A stretch of DNA of 64,000 nucleotides, from assembly GCA_964016885.1 (NCBI GenBank), contig OZ024763.1, positions 29,016,001 through 29,080,000 on the forward strand, given 5' to 3'. Position 1 is the stretch's first letter; each line of letters begins with the position of its first letter. Below are positions 1-11,830 of the stretch, in pieces. Position numbers and translations under genes: made by a program. The stretch is from Eledone cirrhosa. Its lineage: Eukaryota. The notes beneath the pieces are model-generated. The model searched no databases. It saw only the letters and a list, made by a program, of their open reading frames with translations, and was not told the DNA's origin.

Positions 1-30
1 CGTTCAGCATCCTTACTACTGGGGCAACTT

Positions 31-123
31 AAAATGAAGTGTTTTGCTTAAGAAAACAACTCACAATCCAGTCCAGGAATCGAACCCACGATATAATAAT
101 CGTATGCACAACACACTTACCAC
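31..123 (-). mobile_element. tRNA-derived SINE head (family 1), head-to-head with the 104-bp array
   Basis: Reverse complement reads gtggtaagtgtg...GGGTTCGATTCC (pol III B box)...ttcttaagcaaaacacttcattt, the same layout as the 104-bp unit that follows. Confidence 0.7.
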
Positions 124-174
124 AAGGCCAGGATGTTAGATATACCATCATGATGTAGAGATTTCGATTCCTCA

Positions 175-1788
175 ACTGGGTTGTGTGTTGTGTTCTTGAG
201 CAAAACACTTCATTTCACGTTGTTCTTGTGGTAAGGGTGTTGGATTTAGGATCATAGTGTTGTGAGATTGAATCCTTGGCTGGGTTGTGTGCTGTGTTCT
301 TGAGCAAAACACTTCATTTCACGTTGTTCTTGTGGTAAGGGTGTTGGATTTACGATCATAGTGTTGTGAGATTGAATCCTTGGCAGGGTTGTGTGTTGTG
401 TTCTTGAGCAAAACACTTCATTTCACGTTGTTCTTGTGGTAAGGGTGTTGGACTTACGATCATAGTGTTGTGAGATTGAATCCTTGGCTGGGTTGTGTGC
501 TGTGTTCTTGAGCAAAACACTTCATTTCACGTTGTTCTTGTGGTAAGGGTGTTGGACTTACGATCATAGTGTTGTGAGATTGAATCCTGGGCTGGGTTGT
601 GTGCTGTGTTCTTGAGCAAAACACTTCGTTTCACGTTGTTCTTGTGGTAAGGGTGTTGGACTTACGATCATAGTGTTGTGAGATTGAATCCTTGGCTGGG
701 TTGTGTGCTGTGTTCTTGAGCAAAACACTTCATTTCACGTTGTTCTTGTGGTAAGGGTGTTGGACATACGATCATAGTGTTGTGAGATTGAATCCTTGGC
801 TGGGTTGTGTGCTGTGTTCTTGAGCAAAACACTTCATTTCACGTTGTTCTTGTGGTAAGGGTGTTGGACATACGATCATAGTGTTGTGAGATTGAATCCT
901 TGGCTGGGTTGTGTGCTGTGTTCTTGAGCAAAACACTTCATTTCACGTTGTTCTTGTGGTAAGGGTGTTGGACATACGATCATAGTGTTGTGAGATTGAA
1001 TCCTTGGCTGGGTTGTGTGCTGTGTTCTTGAGCAAAACACTTCATTTCACGTTGTTCTTGTGGTAAGGGTGTTGGACTTAGGATCATAGTGTTGTGAGAT
1101 TGAATCCTGGGCTGGGTTGTGTGCTGTGTTCTTGAGCAAAACACTTCATTTCACGTTGTTCTTGTGGTAAGGGTGTTGGACTTACGATCATAGTGTTGTG
1201 AGATTGAATCCTGGGCTGGGTTGTGTGCTGTGTTCTTGAGCAAAACACTTCATTTCACGTTGTTCTTGTGGTAAGGGTGTTGGACTTACGATCATAGTGT
1301 TGTGAGATTGAATCCTTGGCTGGGTTGTGTGCTGTGTTCTTGAGCAAAACACTTCATTTCACGTTGTTCTTGTGGTAAGGGTGTTGGACTTACGATCATA
1401 GTGTTGTGAGATTGAATCCTTGGCTGGGTTGTGTGCTGTGTTCTTGAGCAAAACACTTCATTTCACGTTGTTCTTGTGGTAAGGGTGTTGGACTTACGAT
1501 CATAGTGTTGCGAGATTGAATCCTGGGCTGGGTTGTGTGCTGTGTTCTTGAGCAAAACACTTCATTTCACGTTGTTCTTGTGGTAAGGGTGTTGGACTTA
1601 CGATCATAGTGTTGTGAGATTGAATCCTGGGCTGGGTTGTGTGCTGTGTTCTTGAGCAAAACACTTCATTTCACGTTGTTCTTGTGGTAAAGGTGTTGGA
1701 CTTACGATCATAGTGTTGTGAGATTGAATCCTGGGCTGGGTTGTGTGCTGTGTTCTTGAGCAAAACACTTCATTTCACGTTGCTCCAG
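175..1788 (+). repeat. 104-bp tandem array (~15.5 copies) made from a SINE head (tRNA-like part plus start of central domain)
   Basis: gtaagggtgt recurs at 231, 335, 439 and onward. Unit: gtggtaagggtgttggacttacgatcatagtgttgtgagattgaatcc...gtgttcttgagcaaaacacttcatttcacgttg. The last copy continues as gttgctccagc, like the SINE body at 27180-27290. Confidence 0.9.
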
Positions 1789-2140
1789 CCGAATACGACG
1801 TAGGACCAACACATATCTACGCCATACACTTCTCCAAGACCCACCACATCCATCAGTCCATTGGACGACACAACTACTCAGTTAAAAGATTTTTTTTGTC
1901 ACTAATTTAGTTTTTATTATATTTTGTTTATATGTTTCCATCCTGAAGAAGATGGTAGAGTTATAAGTGAGATGTATGAGGGTGTTAAAAATGGGACGTG
2001 GAAGGGGAGAGGGGGAGAGATGAGGAGAGAGAGGAAGAGAAAGGGGAGTGAGAGAGAGGGGTGAGAGACGGGGAGAAAGATTCAAAATGGAAGACACATC
2101 CAATAATGAAATAAACACACACACACACATATATATATAT

Positions 2141-2230
<90 letters not shown>

Positions 2231-2331
2231 TACATATATATATAATTATATATATATATGCACATGCATATATATATAAACAAAGGAACAAACAATCAAA
2301 GACAAAACAAACAAATCACATAGAAACACCA

Positions 2332-2418
<87 letters not shown>

Positions 2419-2479
2419 ACAATACAAAAACAATGTATACAGAGACAAAGACAAAGACAGAAGCAAAAGAGGAGCCATA

Positions 2480-2760
2480 GACAACTTAGTTGTGACTTGA
2501 ACGGGGTGAAAACACTCTGCACCCACTCACGACACCACACCAACGGCTAAGGGGGCGACAGTCAGCGGAAGGCGCAGGCGGCGGCGGGTGATGGCATGAC
2601 GTGCAATAACCAAGGACAGCCTTGGTGTCAGGCGGCAGCTCGACAGGTTGACACGTGACAGCTTTATGGCCGTCATGCGCCGGCTCATGAATATTCATAA
2701 GTTTCGCTAAATTAATGAGTGTAAATCATTAAAGCTAGTTAGTTACAATACGTTTCACTG
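2480..2760. promoter_or_regulatory. GC-rich unique island, candidate developmental cis-regulatory element
   Basis: Clustered CACGTG (2652), TGACAG (2656), TTTATGG (2663), palindrome ATGAATATTCAT (2687-2698) and GTAAATCA = TGATTTAC (2721). No credible ORF. Confidence 0.35.
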
Positions 2761-3113
2761 AAACCATTCATTCTCTTATTCCTCTCATTCTCTTTCATTC
2801 GTTCATTCTGCCATTCTCTTCTATTCGTTCATTCTTTCGTTCCGTCATTCGCCCATTCAATTTAATTCAAGCTTTTAACAGATTTCGACAGCAAAGACTC
2901 AATGAAGACGTGGACGGTCACGGGTTCATATATGTCAGTGATGAGAGCCAGTTGTGGAGGTTATGGTGGTGGATGTGGTGGAGAGAGCCAGTGATGATGG
3001 TTGTCATGAGGGCCGATGGTAGTAATAGGGGTGAGGGCTAGTGCTGGTGGTTGTGGTAGTGGTGGTTGTAGTAGTAGCAACAGCAGCAAAATTGCGTTTA
3101 GAATAAATTTATA

Positions 3114-3190
<77 letters not shown>

Positions 3191-3191
<1 letters not shown>

Positions 3192-3768
3192 TAGCAGTGG
3201 TACCTGGCGTTGCGCAGGATAAGGTATTGTGAAATATATAACCGCCTTTGCTAAGCTTAGTATTGCCACAACCACGGCTGGCAATAAAGTAAGGGTCTGG
3301 TGGTTCGTAAGTAAGCAACGCTGTGGCTTAAAACGCGAGGAAGAAGTTGTATGCACTTACCAACTGTTTGGGGAATGAGTGTGAGATTTGTCTTGAGCAA
3401 GGGTGGCTATATAACCGGAGGCAGCAGACAGCCAGACATACAGACAGACAGATATTATAAGGGCGCTTTCCTGGACGATGAGCGAATTGTAGGAAGTGAC
3501 GTAATGCAGACAGCCATACATACAGACAGATATTATAAGGGTGCGGCGTTATATGTACGTATCTATCTAGAAAGAGAAAGACTATGAATTATAGAGAGAG
3601 ATCGCTAAATCGCCTAATGCAGTCCCTAGGGCATTGAAAATTTAAAATTTTTGCTCAGAACGCTCCCTGAAACATAAGTATTACATGTGTAAAGTTTGAA
3701 AACAGTCGGTTGGGTATTTCTCTAGTTTTAGGGATTCAAACTCACACACACACAGACAGACATCGTCA

Positions 3769-3815
<47 letters not shown>
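3191..3815 (-). mobile_element. Non-autonomous Helitron (Lep1/HINE-like layout)
   Basis: Minus-strand 3' end CTAG (3191-3194), with hairpin cctgcgcaacgccagg (3203-3218) 8 nt upstream. The other end has (CAGA)/(CA) microsatellite running into (TA)n. Internal duplicated cagacagatattataaggg. Confidence 0.65.
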
Positions 3816-3817
<2 letters not shown>

Positions 3818-4036
3818 ATAATAATAAATATGATGACTAAAATCCAAAGAGGTCTCGATAAGGATAAATATATATCAAATATATAAGAACGCTAGAGCAA
3901 ATATTTATTAAAATAACAGATTAAACTTTAAGCAAAGAATCGCTGCTTTCACACTTAACGGGATCTTCTGAAATCCCGTTAAGGGTGAAAGCAGCGATTC
4001 TTTGCTTAAACTTTAATCTGTTATTTTAATAAATAT
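3815..4036. mobile_element. PLE-pLTR-like island in (TA)n with 64-bp inverted duplication
   Basis: Arms 3901-3964 and 3973-4036 with loop cttctgaa. 3815-3972 is the reverse complement of the homologous island at ~9678-9838. Confidence 0.6.
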
Positions 4037-4117
4037 ATATATATATATATATATTGAGTTTATGTTGGTTGTATACCAACACCTCAGTATGCAGGGTGGA
4101 GCACTCGACTAATTCAA

Positions 4118-4172
4118 ACTGCCTGAAGAGGTCACAGTCAAAGATGGCTGTCACTGAAATATATATAGCAGT
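4118..4172 (+). ncRNA. Type I hammerhead ribozyme motif (minimal helix III)
   Basis: ACUGC-CUGAAGA-[GGUCACAGUC aaagau GGCUGUCACU]-GAAA-UAUAUA-UA|GCAGU. Helix I 5 bp perfect, helix II 9/10 pairs. AATAAA follows immediately. Confidence 0.75.
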
Positions 4173-4217
4173 AATAAACGAAGCTAAATTTTAAATATTT
4201 GACTTTTTATTTAACTT

Positions 4218-4316
<99 letters not shown>

Positions 4317-4562
4317 AAATGATATGTAACGAAAGAAGCTGTGTGGTTACTATAAACAAGGTTTAGGATGTTGATATGGACGAAACAAGAGAAGAGAAAA
4401 GAAGAAAAGAAGAGAATCCTTCATCAGTTGTCTACTGGGGTTCTCGGATATTTCATCACTTTAAAGACAATATATCTACCCCCAGAACGTTCAATAACTA
4501 AGTAAGTTATTGGGAAAACGGAGGAGGGCGGGAAGGAAAATAGAAAGGAAAGAAGAGAGAAA

Positions 4563-4627
<65 letters not shown>

Positions 4628-4630
<3 letters not shown>

Positions 4631-4700
4631 AAAAGAGTCAGGTCCTCGACGGCTGAGCTCCGGCCGTTTCGACAGCTAGATCCGAGCTAAGCCAACTGAG
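4628..4700 (-). mobile_element. Family A PLE-like fragment carrying a hammerhead 3' half
   Basis: Reverse complement: gctgtc-GAAA-CGGC-cggagctca-GCCG-TC-gaggacc. Flanked by (TA)n. Confidence 0.6.
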
Positions 4701-4732
<32 letters not shown>

Positions 4733-4757
4733 TACATACATATATATATATATATAC

Positions 4758-4788
<31 letters not shown>

Positions 4789-4932
4789 CATACCTATATA
4801 TATATATATACATACATATATATATATATACATACATATATATATATATACATACATACATATATATATATATACATACATACATACATATATATATATA
4901 TACATACATATATATATATACATACATATATA

Positions 4933-4964
<32 letters not shown>

Positions 4965-4973
4965 CATATATAT

Positions 4974-5008
<35 letters not shown>

Positions 5009-5124
5009 CATACATACATATATTATATATATATATATATATATATGCGTGTGTGTGTGTGTAAATATATATATATACATATATAAATATATATATATAT
5101 GTGATTGTACATATATATTTATAG

Positions 5125-5161
<37 letters not shown>

Positions 5162-5163
<2 letters not shown>

Positions 5164-5657
5164 AATGTAATCCGAGTTTTTCGAATATTAATAATAATAT
5201 TCGATGCATTTGCAATTGTGCAAACAAGCCTCATTTTAAAGCCATGTCAGTAGAATGAACCCATCTTATAAGAATGAACCCATCTTATAAGAATGAACCC
5301 ATCTTATAAGAATGAACCCATCTTATAAGAATGAACCCATCTTATAAGAATGAACCCATCTTATAAGAATGAACCCATCTTATAAGAATGAACCCATCTT
5401 ATAAGAATGAACCCATCTTATAAGAATGAACCCATCTTATAAGAATGAACCCATCTTATAAGAATGACCCCATCTTATAAGAATGAACCCATCTTATAAG
5501 AATGAACCCATCTTATAAGAATAAACCCATCTTATAAGAATGAACCCATCTTATAAGAATGAACCCATCTTATAAGCTTTAAAAATGAGGCTTGTTTGCA
5601 TAATTGCAAACGAATCGAATATTATTAATAATATTCGAAAAGCTCAGATTACATTTA
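5162..5657. repeat. ~81-bp inverted repeat enclosing exactly 17 copies of a 19-bp unit
   Basis: Arms 5162-5242 and 5576-5657. (agaatgaacccatcttata)17 at 5252-5574. The island sits in (TA)n. Confidence 0.9.
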
Positions 5658-5687
5658 CTGTATTCAGCCATGTAGAGCGAAACTTTT

Positions 5688-5722
<35 letters not shown>

Positions 5723-5723
<1 letters not shown>

Positions 5724-5860
5724 CGAAGGAAATGTGGTAAGGAACCAGGTGGACCATAACGCACCAAAGTACTCAATACTTGAGGTAGTAGAGTGGGTAA
5801 TAGGGACCAGTAAGACCCCGACAGCTGAGCTCAAGCCGTTTCGACGGCTAATTCTGGATT
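5723..5860 (-). mobile_element. Family A PLE-like element (3' end abutting (TA)n)
   Basis: aacgaaggaaatgtggtaaggaaccaggtggaccataacgcacc... near-identical to 9874 and 19678, diverged at 38059. Reverse complement contains GAAA-CGGC-N9-GCTG-TC. Confidence 0.7.
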
Positions 5861-5932
5861 AATTATATATATTTTATATATATAATTCAATGATATTAAA
5901 TAAATGGAAACTATATTTATAAAACCATATTT

Positions 5933-5993
5933 ATTTTATTATATATATTTCAAGGGTACCAAAAGACTTTGGTACGCTTTCTTCAGATAAAAT
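5933..5993 (-). ncRNA. Type I hammerhead ribozyme motif (minimal helix III)
   Basis: Reverse complement: AUUUUAU-CUGAAGA-[AAGcGUACCAAA gucu UUUGGUACcCUU]-GAAA-UAUAUA-UA|AUAAAAU. Helix I 7 bp, helix II 11/12 pairs. Confidence 0.8.
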
Positions 5994-6162
5994 GCAAAGT
6001 TTGTTTTATAAATAGAGACATACCCAGGAAAATCATACCTTATCAGTTGGATATTCTCTGTATATATGTGTATATATATATATATTTACAGATATATATG
6101 TGTGTATATATATATATATTTACAGATATATATGTGTGTATATATATATATATTTACAGATA

Positions 6163-6322
<160 letters not shown>

Positions 6323-6397
6323 TGTATATATATATATATATATATTATTATTATTATTATTACTATATAGTAACACAATTATTATTATTACTATGAA

Positions 6398-6780
6398 GGG
6401 CGGTGGATTGGCAGTATCGGCAGAGGGTCGGACGCCATGCTTTCCAGCATAGTTACGTCCCTTCACGATCTGAGTTCAAATCCCACCGAGGTTGACTTTG
6501 CCTTTTATCCTTATGGGGTTGATAAAATAAAGTACCAGTAATGCACTGGGTAATTGCTGGCCTTGTGCCTAAAGTAGAAACAATTATTATTATTACTATT
6601 GGATTGGCAGTATCGATAAAGTGTCGGACGCCATGCTTTGACGCATAGTGTTACGGCCCTTGCCATTCTGTGTTCAAATCCCGCCGAGGTTAACTTTGCC
6701 TTTCATCCTTACGGGGTCGATAAAATAAAGTACCAGTAATGCACTCGTTAATTTGGCCTCGTACCAATAGTAGAAACAAT

Positions 6781-6785
<5 letters not shown>
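6398..6785 (+). mobile_element. Two tandem tRNA-derived SINEs (family 2; central domain resembles Meta/MESC-type)
   Basis: tggcagtatcgg (A-box-like), GAGTTCAAATCC (B box), gcctttcatcctt-ggggtcgataaaataaagtaccagt domain and (ATT)n tail. Copies at 6398-6590 and 6600-6785. Confidence 0.85.
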
Positions 6786-6821
<36 letters not shown>

Positions 6822-7434
6822 TATATGTGTGTGTGTCTGTGTATACATAGAGAAAGAGAGAGAGAGAGTTAGAGAGAAAGAAAGAGAGGTAGAGAGAAAG
6901 AAAGAGAGGTAGAGAGAAAGAAAGAAAGAGAGGTAGAGAGAAAGAAAGAGAGAGTGAGGTAGAGAGAAAGAAAGAGAGAGAGAGGTAGAGAGAGAGAGAG
7001 AGGGAGAGAGAGAGAGAGAAAGAGAGATAGGTAGAGAGAAAGAGAGAGAGAGAGAGGTAGAGAGAAAGAAAGAGAGAGAGAGGTAGAGGGAGAGAGAGAG
7101 AGAGAGATAGGTAGAGAGAAGAGAGAGAGAGAGAGAGGTAGAGAGAAAGAGAGAGAGAGAGAGAGAGACATACAGAGTGGGTATGCTGGTGAAATCCATT
7201 ACAATTGTAGACGGGTAGCAATTGTTAGTAACTGGGAATTATTGATAAAATCTTTACCGAGAAACAATAGGAATTGTGACAGACGGCTGGACTGAGTGAC
7301 CCCCCACCTCCCTTAGCCCGTCTATCGTGTCTATATTGCAATAATCAGGCAGCAATGCATGACTCAGTAAACAGAACCAAACAGAAAAATACGGTGAGTA
7401 TAGGAGAAGCCTGTAGGACTAGTTTACTGACAAA

Positions 7435-7492
<58 letters not shown>

Positions 7493-7549
7493 ATATCTTT
7501 ATATATATATATATATATATCTTTATATATATATATATATATATATCTT

Positions 7550-7782
<233 letters not shown>

Positions 7783-7784
7783 AT

Positions 7785-7910
<126 letters not shown>

Positions 7911-7911
7911 T

Positions 7912-7945
<34 letters not shown>

Positions 7946-8151
7946 CTTTATATATATATATATAAACACAAACACATATATATATATATATACATACATA
8001 CATTTACATATATATATTTTAAGTATATTTTAAATAAATATATATATATATACATATATAAATGTAATTTTTCTCTCTTAGTTTAACTCATTCTGTACTC
8101 ACACACACACACACGTATATACATATATATATATATATCCATATATATATA

Positions 8152-8215
8152 TGAAAAGATTCAGGACCCCGACGGCTGAACTCCTGCCGTTTCGACAGCT
8201 ATATCCGAACTGGAT
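8152..8215 (-). mobile_element. Family A PLE-like fragment carrying a hammerhead 3' half
   Basis: Reverse complement: gctgtc-GAAA-CGGC-aggagttca-GCCG-TC-ggggtc. Lies in TA-rich repeat. Confidence 0.6.
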
Positions 8216-8364
8216 ATATACAGAGAGAGACAGAGTTTTAATATTTGAGTTTAATACATATATTGTAAAAAATAAAAAGAAAGAACCAAGAAGACAAAGA
8301 AGGAAGGAAGGAAGGAAGGAAGGAAGGAAGGAAGGAAGGAAGGAAGGAAGGAATCAAGGAGGGA

Positions 8365-8416
<52 letters not shown>

Positions 8417-8559
8417 AAAAAGAGAGGTGGTGAAAGAATTAACGAAGATCCTTCTTCAAATCTTATGTATTCATTTATCTGTCATAGAAGACAGATGGGG
8501 AGCCATCTGGTGGAGAGAAATAGGAAATGGTTGGAATCATAGACACTGAAACGGTACAC

Positions 8560-8609
<50 letters not shown>

Positions 8610-8610
8610 A

Positions 8611-8662
<52 letters not shown>

Positions 8663-8911
8663 TATATATTTGTGTATATATATATATACATACATATTGT
8701 ATATATATATATGTCTGTGTGTGTATATATATATACATACATATTGTATATATATATGTCTGTGTGTGTGTATATATATATATACACACACACACATATA
8801 TATATATATATGTGTGTGTGTCTGTGTGTGTAACACGTAAACAGAAATAATAACACAATCGGTACAGTATATGGAAGGAACATATTAGGTTAACGCTTGA
8901 CATAACAGGAA

Positions 8912-8955
8912 GAGGGTTTTAACGTTTCGATCGCTAGTCCTTCCTCAGAAGAAAG
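8912..8955 (-). ncRNA. Degenerate minimal hammerhead (GAAACGUU family)
   Basis: Reverse complement: CUGAGGA-aggacuagcgauc-GAAA-CG-UU. Helices weak. Homologous to 27310 and 37315. Confidence 0.4.
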
Positions 8956-8983
8956 AATGTGACATAAGCTAAATTGAAGGGGC

Positions 8984-9051
<68 letters not shown>

Positions 9052-9173
9052 AAGAGTTAAACAAGATTCAATGAGTACACCATGTAAATATAATTGTAAA
9101 AGTGAAGAATAACATCGTCATCAATTTGAATTTACAAATTCATTGTTACGCATATATTTTTTTTATTTTCTCT

Positions 9174-9282
9174 CAGTCTCTGACGAAATGATAGAAATAG
9201 CGTGTTTTTTAAATTGAGTGTCACTGCCTTCAGTGATTAGCAATTTTTAGACAACTCTAACATAGAAACAATTGTTAGACTG
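9174..9282 (+). ncRNA. Type I hammerhead ribozyme motif with extended helix II and palindromic helix III
   Basis: CAGUCU-CUGACGA-[~78 nt, aAUG...CAUa]-GAAA-CAAUUG-UU|AGACUG. Helix I 6 bp perfect, ACAAUUGU palindrome, AATAAA at 9285. Confidence 0.7.
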
Positions 9283-9833
9283 TAAATAAATTTCCTTGTT
9301 TGTACTGTTGTCACTTTTTAAATTTTATTACTCCAAGATATACTTACATAGGAATACAAGTAAAGTCATAAACTCGTCATCCACGTAAACATCTTGTTGA
9401 GTCACACAACGCCGTACGCTTAAACTATCCATGATAGGAAGTTTTCACAACCTCCAATCGGATTACCTTTAACGATATATTGTTATCCTCTCTCTCTCTC
9501 TATATATATATATATATTTATTGTTCTCATTGATCCACATAACGACGTATTATCTTCGTTTTTTTCCGTTCATTGCCAGGGAACGACTTCACGAACCAAA
9601 GTATCGTCTTCCTGTTTTTCTTCGGTTGCAACATTTTCGAAATATTTACTTCTACGTTCACTGATTGATATTTTTAGTTTCAGAAGATCCCGTTAAGGGT
9701 GAAAGCAGCGATTCTTGGCTTAAACTTTAATCTGTTATTTTAATAAATATTTGCTCTAGGGATTTTATATATTTGATATATATTTATCCTCATCGAGCCC
9801 TCTTTGGATTTTAGTCTTCACATTTATTATTAT

Positions 9834-9873
<40 letters not shown>

Positions 9874-9875
<2 letters not shown>

Positions 9876-9984
9876 CGAAGGAAATGGAAATGTGGTAAGG
9901 AACCAGGTGGACCATAACGCACCAAAGTACTCAATACTTAGCCGTCAAAACGGCTTGAGCTCAGCCGTCGGGGTCCTACTCGTT

Positions 9985-9986
<2 letters not shown>
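9874..9986. mobile_element. Family A PLE-like element with 5' inversion
   Basis: 9874-9939 in the same orientation as 5723. 9939-9986 is the inverted hammerhead-half segment. (TA)n on both sides. Confidence 0.7.
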
Positions 9987-10049
<63 letters not shown>

Positions 10050-10294
10050 TGTGTGCGTGTCTGTGTGTGTGCGTGTCTAACGAGTGCATAATTTAGCTAG
10101 TGTCAGTGAAATTGTAAATGAGTGTGAGGACATACGAGGAGGCACTTATGGGGTGGGGCTCGGTGAGTAATATAAGAAAGTGTGTGTAAATGAGCGCATG
10201 GAATGAAATGAGAGTGAGAGTTGAGTGAGTGTGAAGGTGAAGTAAGAGTGAAGTCAGTGTGAATGACGGATTGGAAAGTCGGAGGAGATAGAGA

Positions 10295-10331
<37 letters not shown>

Positions 10332-11264
10332 GGAGGGGGAGAGAGGGAGGGAGAGTGGGGGGAAAGAGAGTGGGAGGGAGAGTGGAGGGAAAGAGAGAGA
10401 GAGAGAGGGAGAGAGGGGGGGAAATAGAGAGGGAGAGGGAGGGAGAGAGAGGGAGTGATAGATGGTGGTGCTGAGTAGGGAATGGGCCGTGGTGGTGGAG
10501 TGTGGTCGCCATGTTCAATACCAATAAATCACTGTGTCCGCCGCCATATGTAGATTTCGCTGCCCCAGATACTGTGAAAAGACGTCAAGAAAACCTGCTT
10601 GCCCTCCTCCGCCGCCTTCTCTTCACCACCCCCCCCCCCACCACCACTCTCAGGGTCTACAACAGCAGTAGCAGCAGCAGCAGCGGCAGTGGTAAGACTA
10701 ACTGTATCACCTCCATCATCATCATCATAATCATCATTATGAACAGTAAAAATAGTAACATTAGAACCTACAACAACAACAACAACAACAACAGCAGCAA
10801 TAACAACAACAACAACAACAACAACAAGAACAACGACAACAACGACAACAACAACAACAACAGCAGCAGCAGCAATAAAAACAACAAAAATAACGACAAC
10901 AACGACAACAACAACAACAACAACAGCAGCAGCAGCAGCAACAACAACAACAACAACAACAGCAGCAGCAGCAGCAACAGCAACACGACCACCACCAACA
11001 ACAATATCAATAACAACACCACCAAAACCAACACCAACACAACCACCACTACCACCACCAATACTATCACTACCAGCAACAACACCAACAACAATAGCAA
11101 CAACACCACCACCACCACCACAAACACCAACACAACCAACATCACCACCAACACCAACAACACTACCACCATCACCACCACTACCAACAGTAACATCACC
11201 ACCCCCACCACCAACAACAACAACATAAACACTACTACCAACACCAACAACAGCAGCAACAACA

Positions 11265-11830
11265 CCACCAACACTACCAAACAGTAACATCACCACCAAC
11301 AACACCGCCACCACCAACACTACCAAACAGTAACATCACCACCACCACCAACAACACCGCCACGACCAACACTACCAAACAGTAACATCACCAACAACAA
11401 CACCGCCACCACCAACACTACCAAACAGTAACATCACCACCACCAACAACAACACCGCCACCACCAACACTACCAAACAGTAACATCACCACCACCAACA
11501 ACAACACCGCCACCACCAACACTACCAAACAGTAACATCACCACCAACAACACCGCCACCACCAACACTACCAAACAGTAACATCACCACCACCACCAAC
11601 AACACCGCCACGACCAACACTACCAAACAGTAACATCACCAACAACAACACCGCCACCACCAACACTACCAAACAGTAACATCACCACCACCAACAACAA
11701 CACCGCCACCACCAACACTACCAAACAGTAACATCACCACCACCACCAACAACACCGCCACCACCAACACTACCAAACAGTAACATCACCACCACCACCA
11801 ACAACACTACCAAACAGTAACATCACCACC
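11265..11830 (+). repeat. ~50-56-bp minisatellite (~10 copies) within (ACC/AAC)n
   Basis: Recurring caacactaccaaacagtaacatcaccacc...aacaccgcca. Confidence 0.85.

Noticed and set aside
175-1788. tRNA gene cluster or CRISPR
   Set aside because: No cloverleaf acceptor stem, degenerate B box, identical units without spacers and no cas genes.
4325-4445. Minus-strand CTGATGA-aggat...atcct-aaac
   Set aside because: GAAA lacks its G and helix I/III cannot be built. Probably a decayed hammerhead but not callable.
10502-10640. Non-repetitive start of ORF 10502-11287 (MFNTNKSLCPPPYVDFAAPD...)
   Set aside because: No recognisable homology. It runs straight into microsatellite with no splice support.
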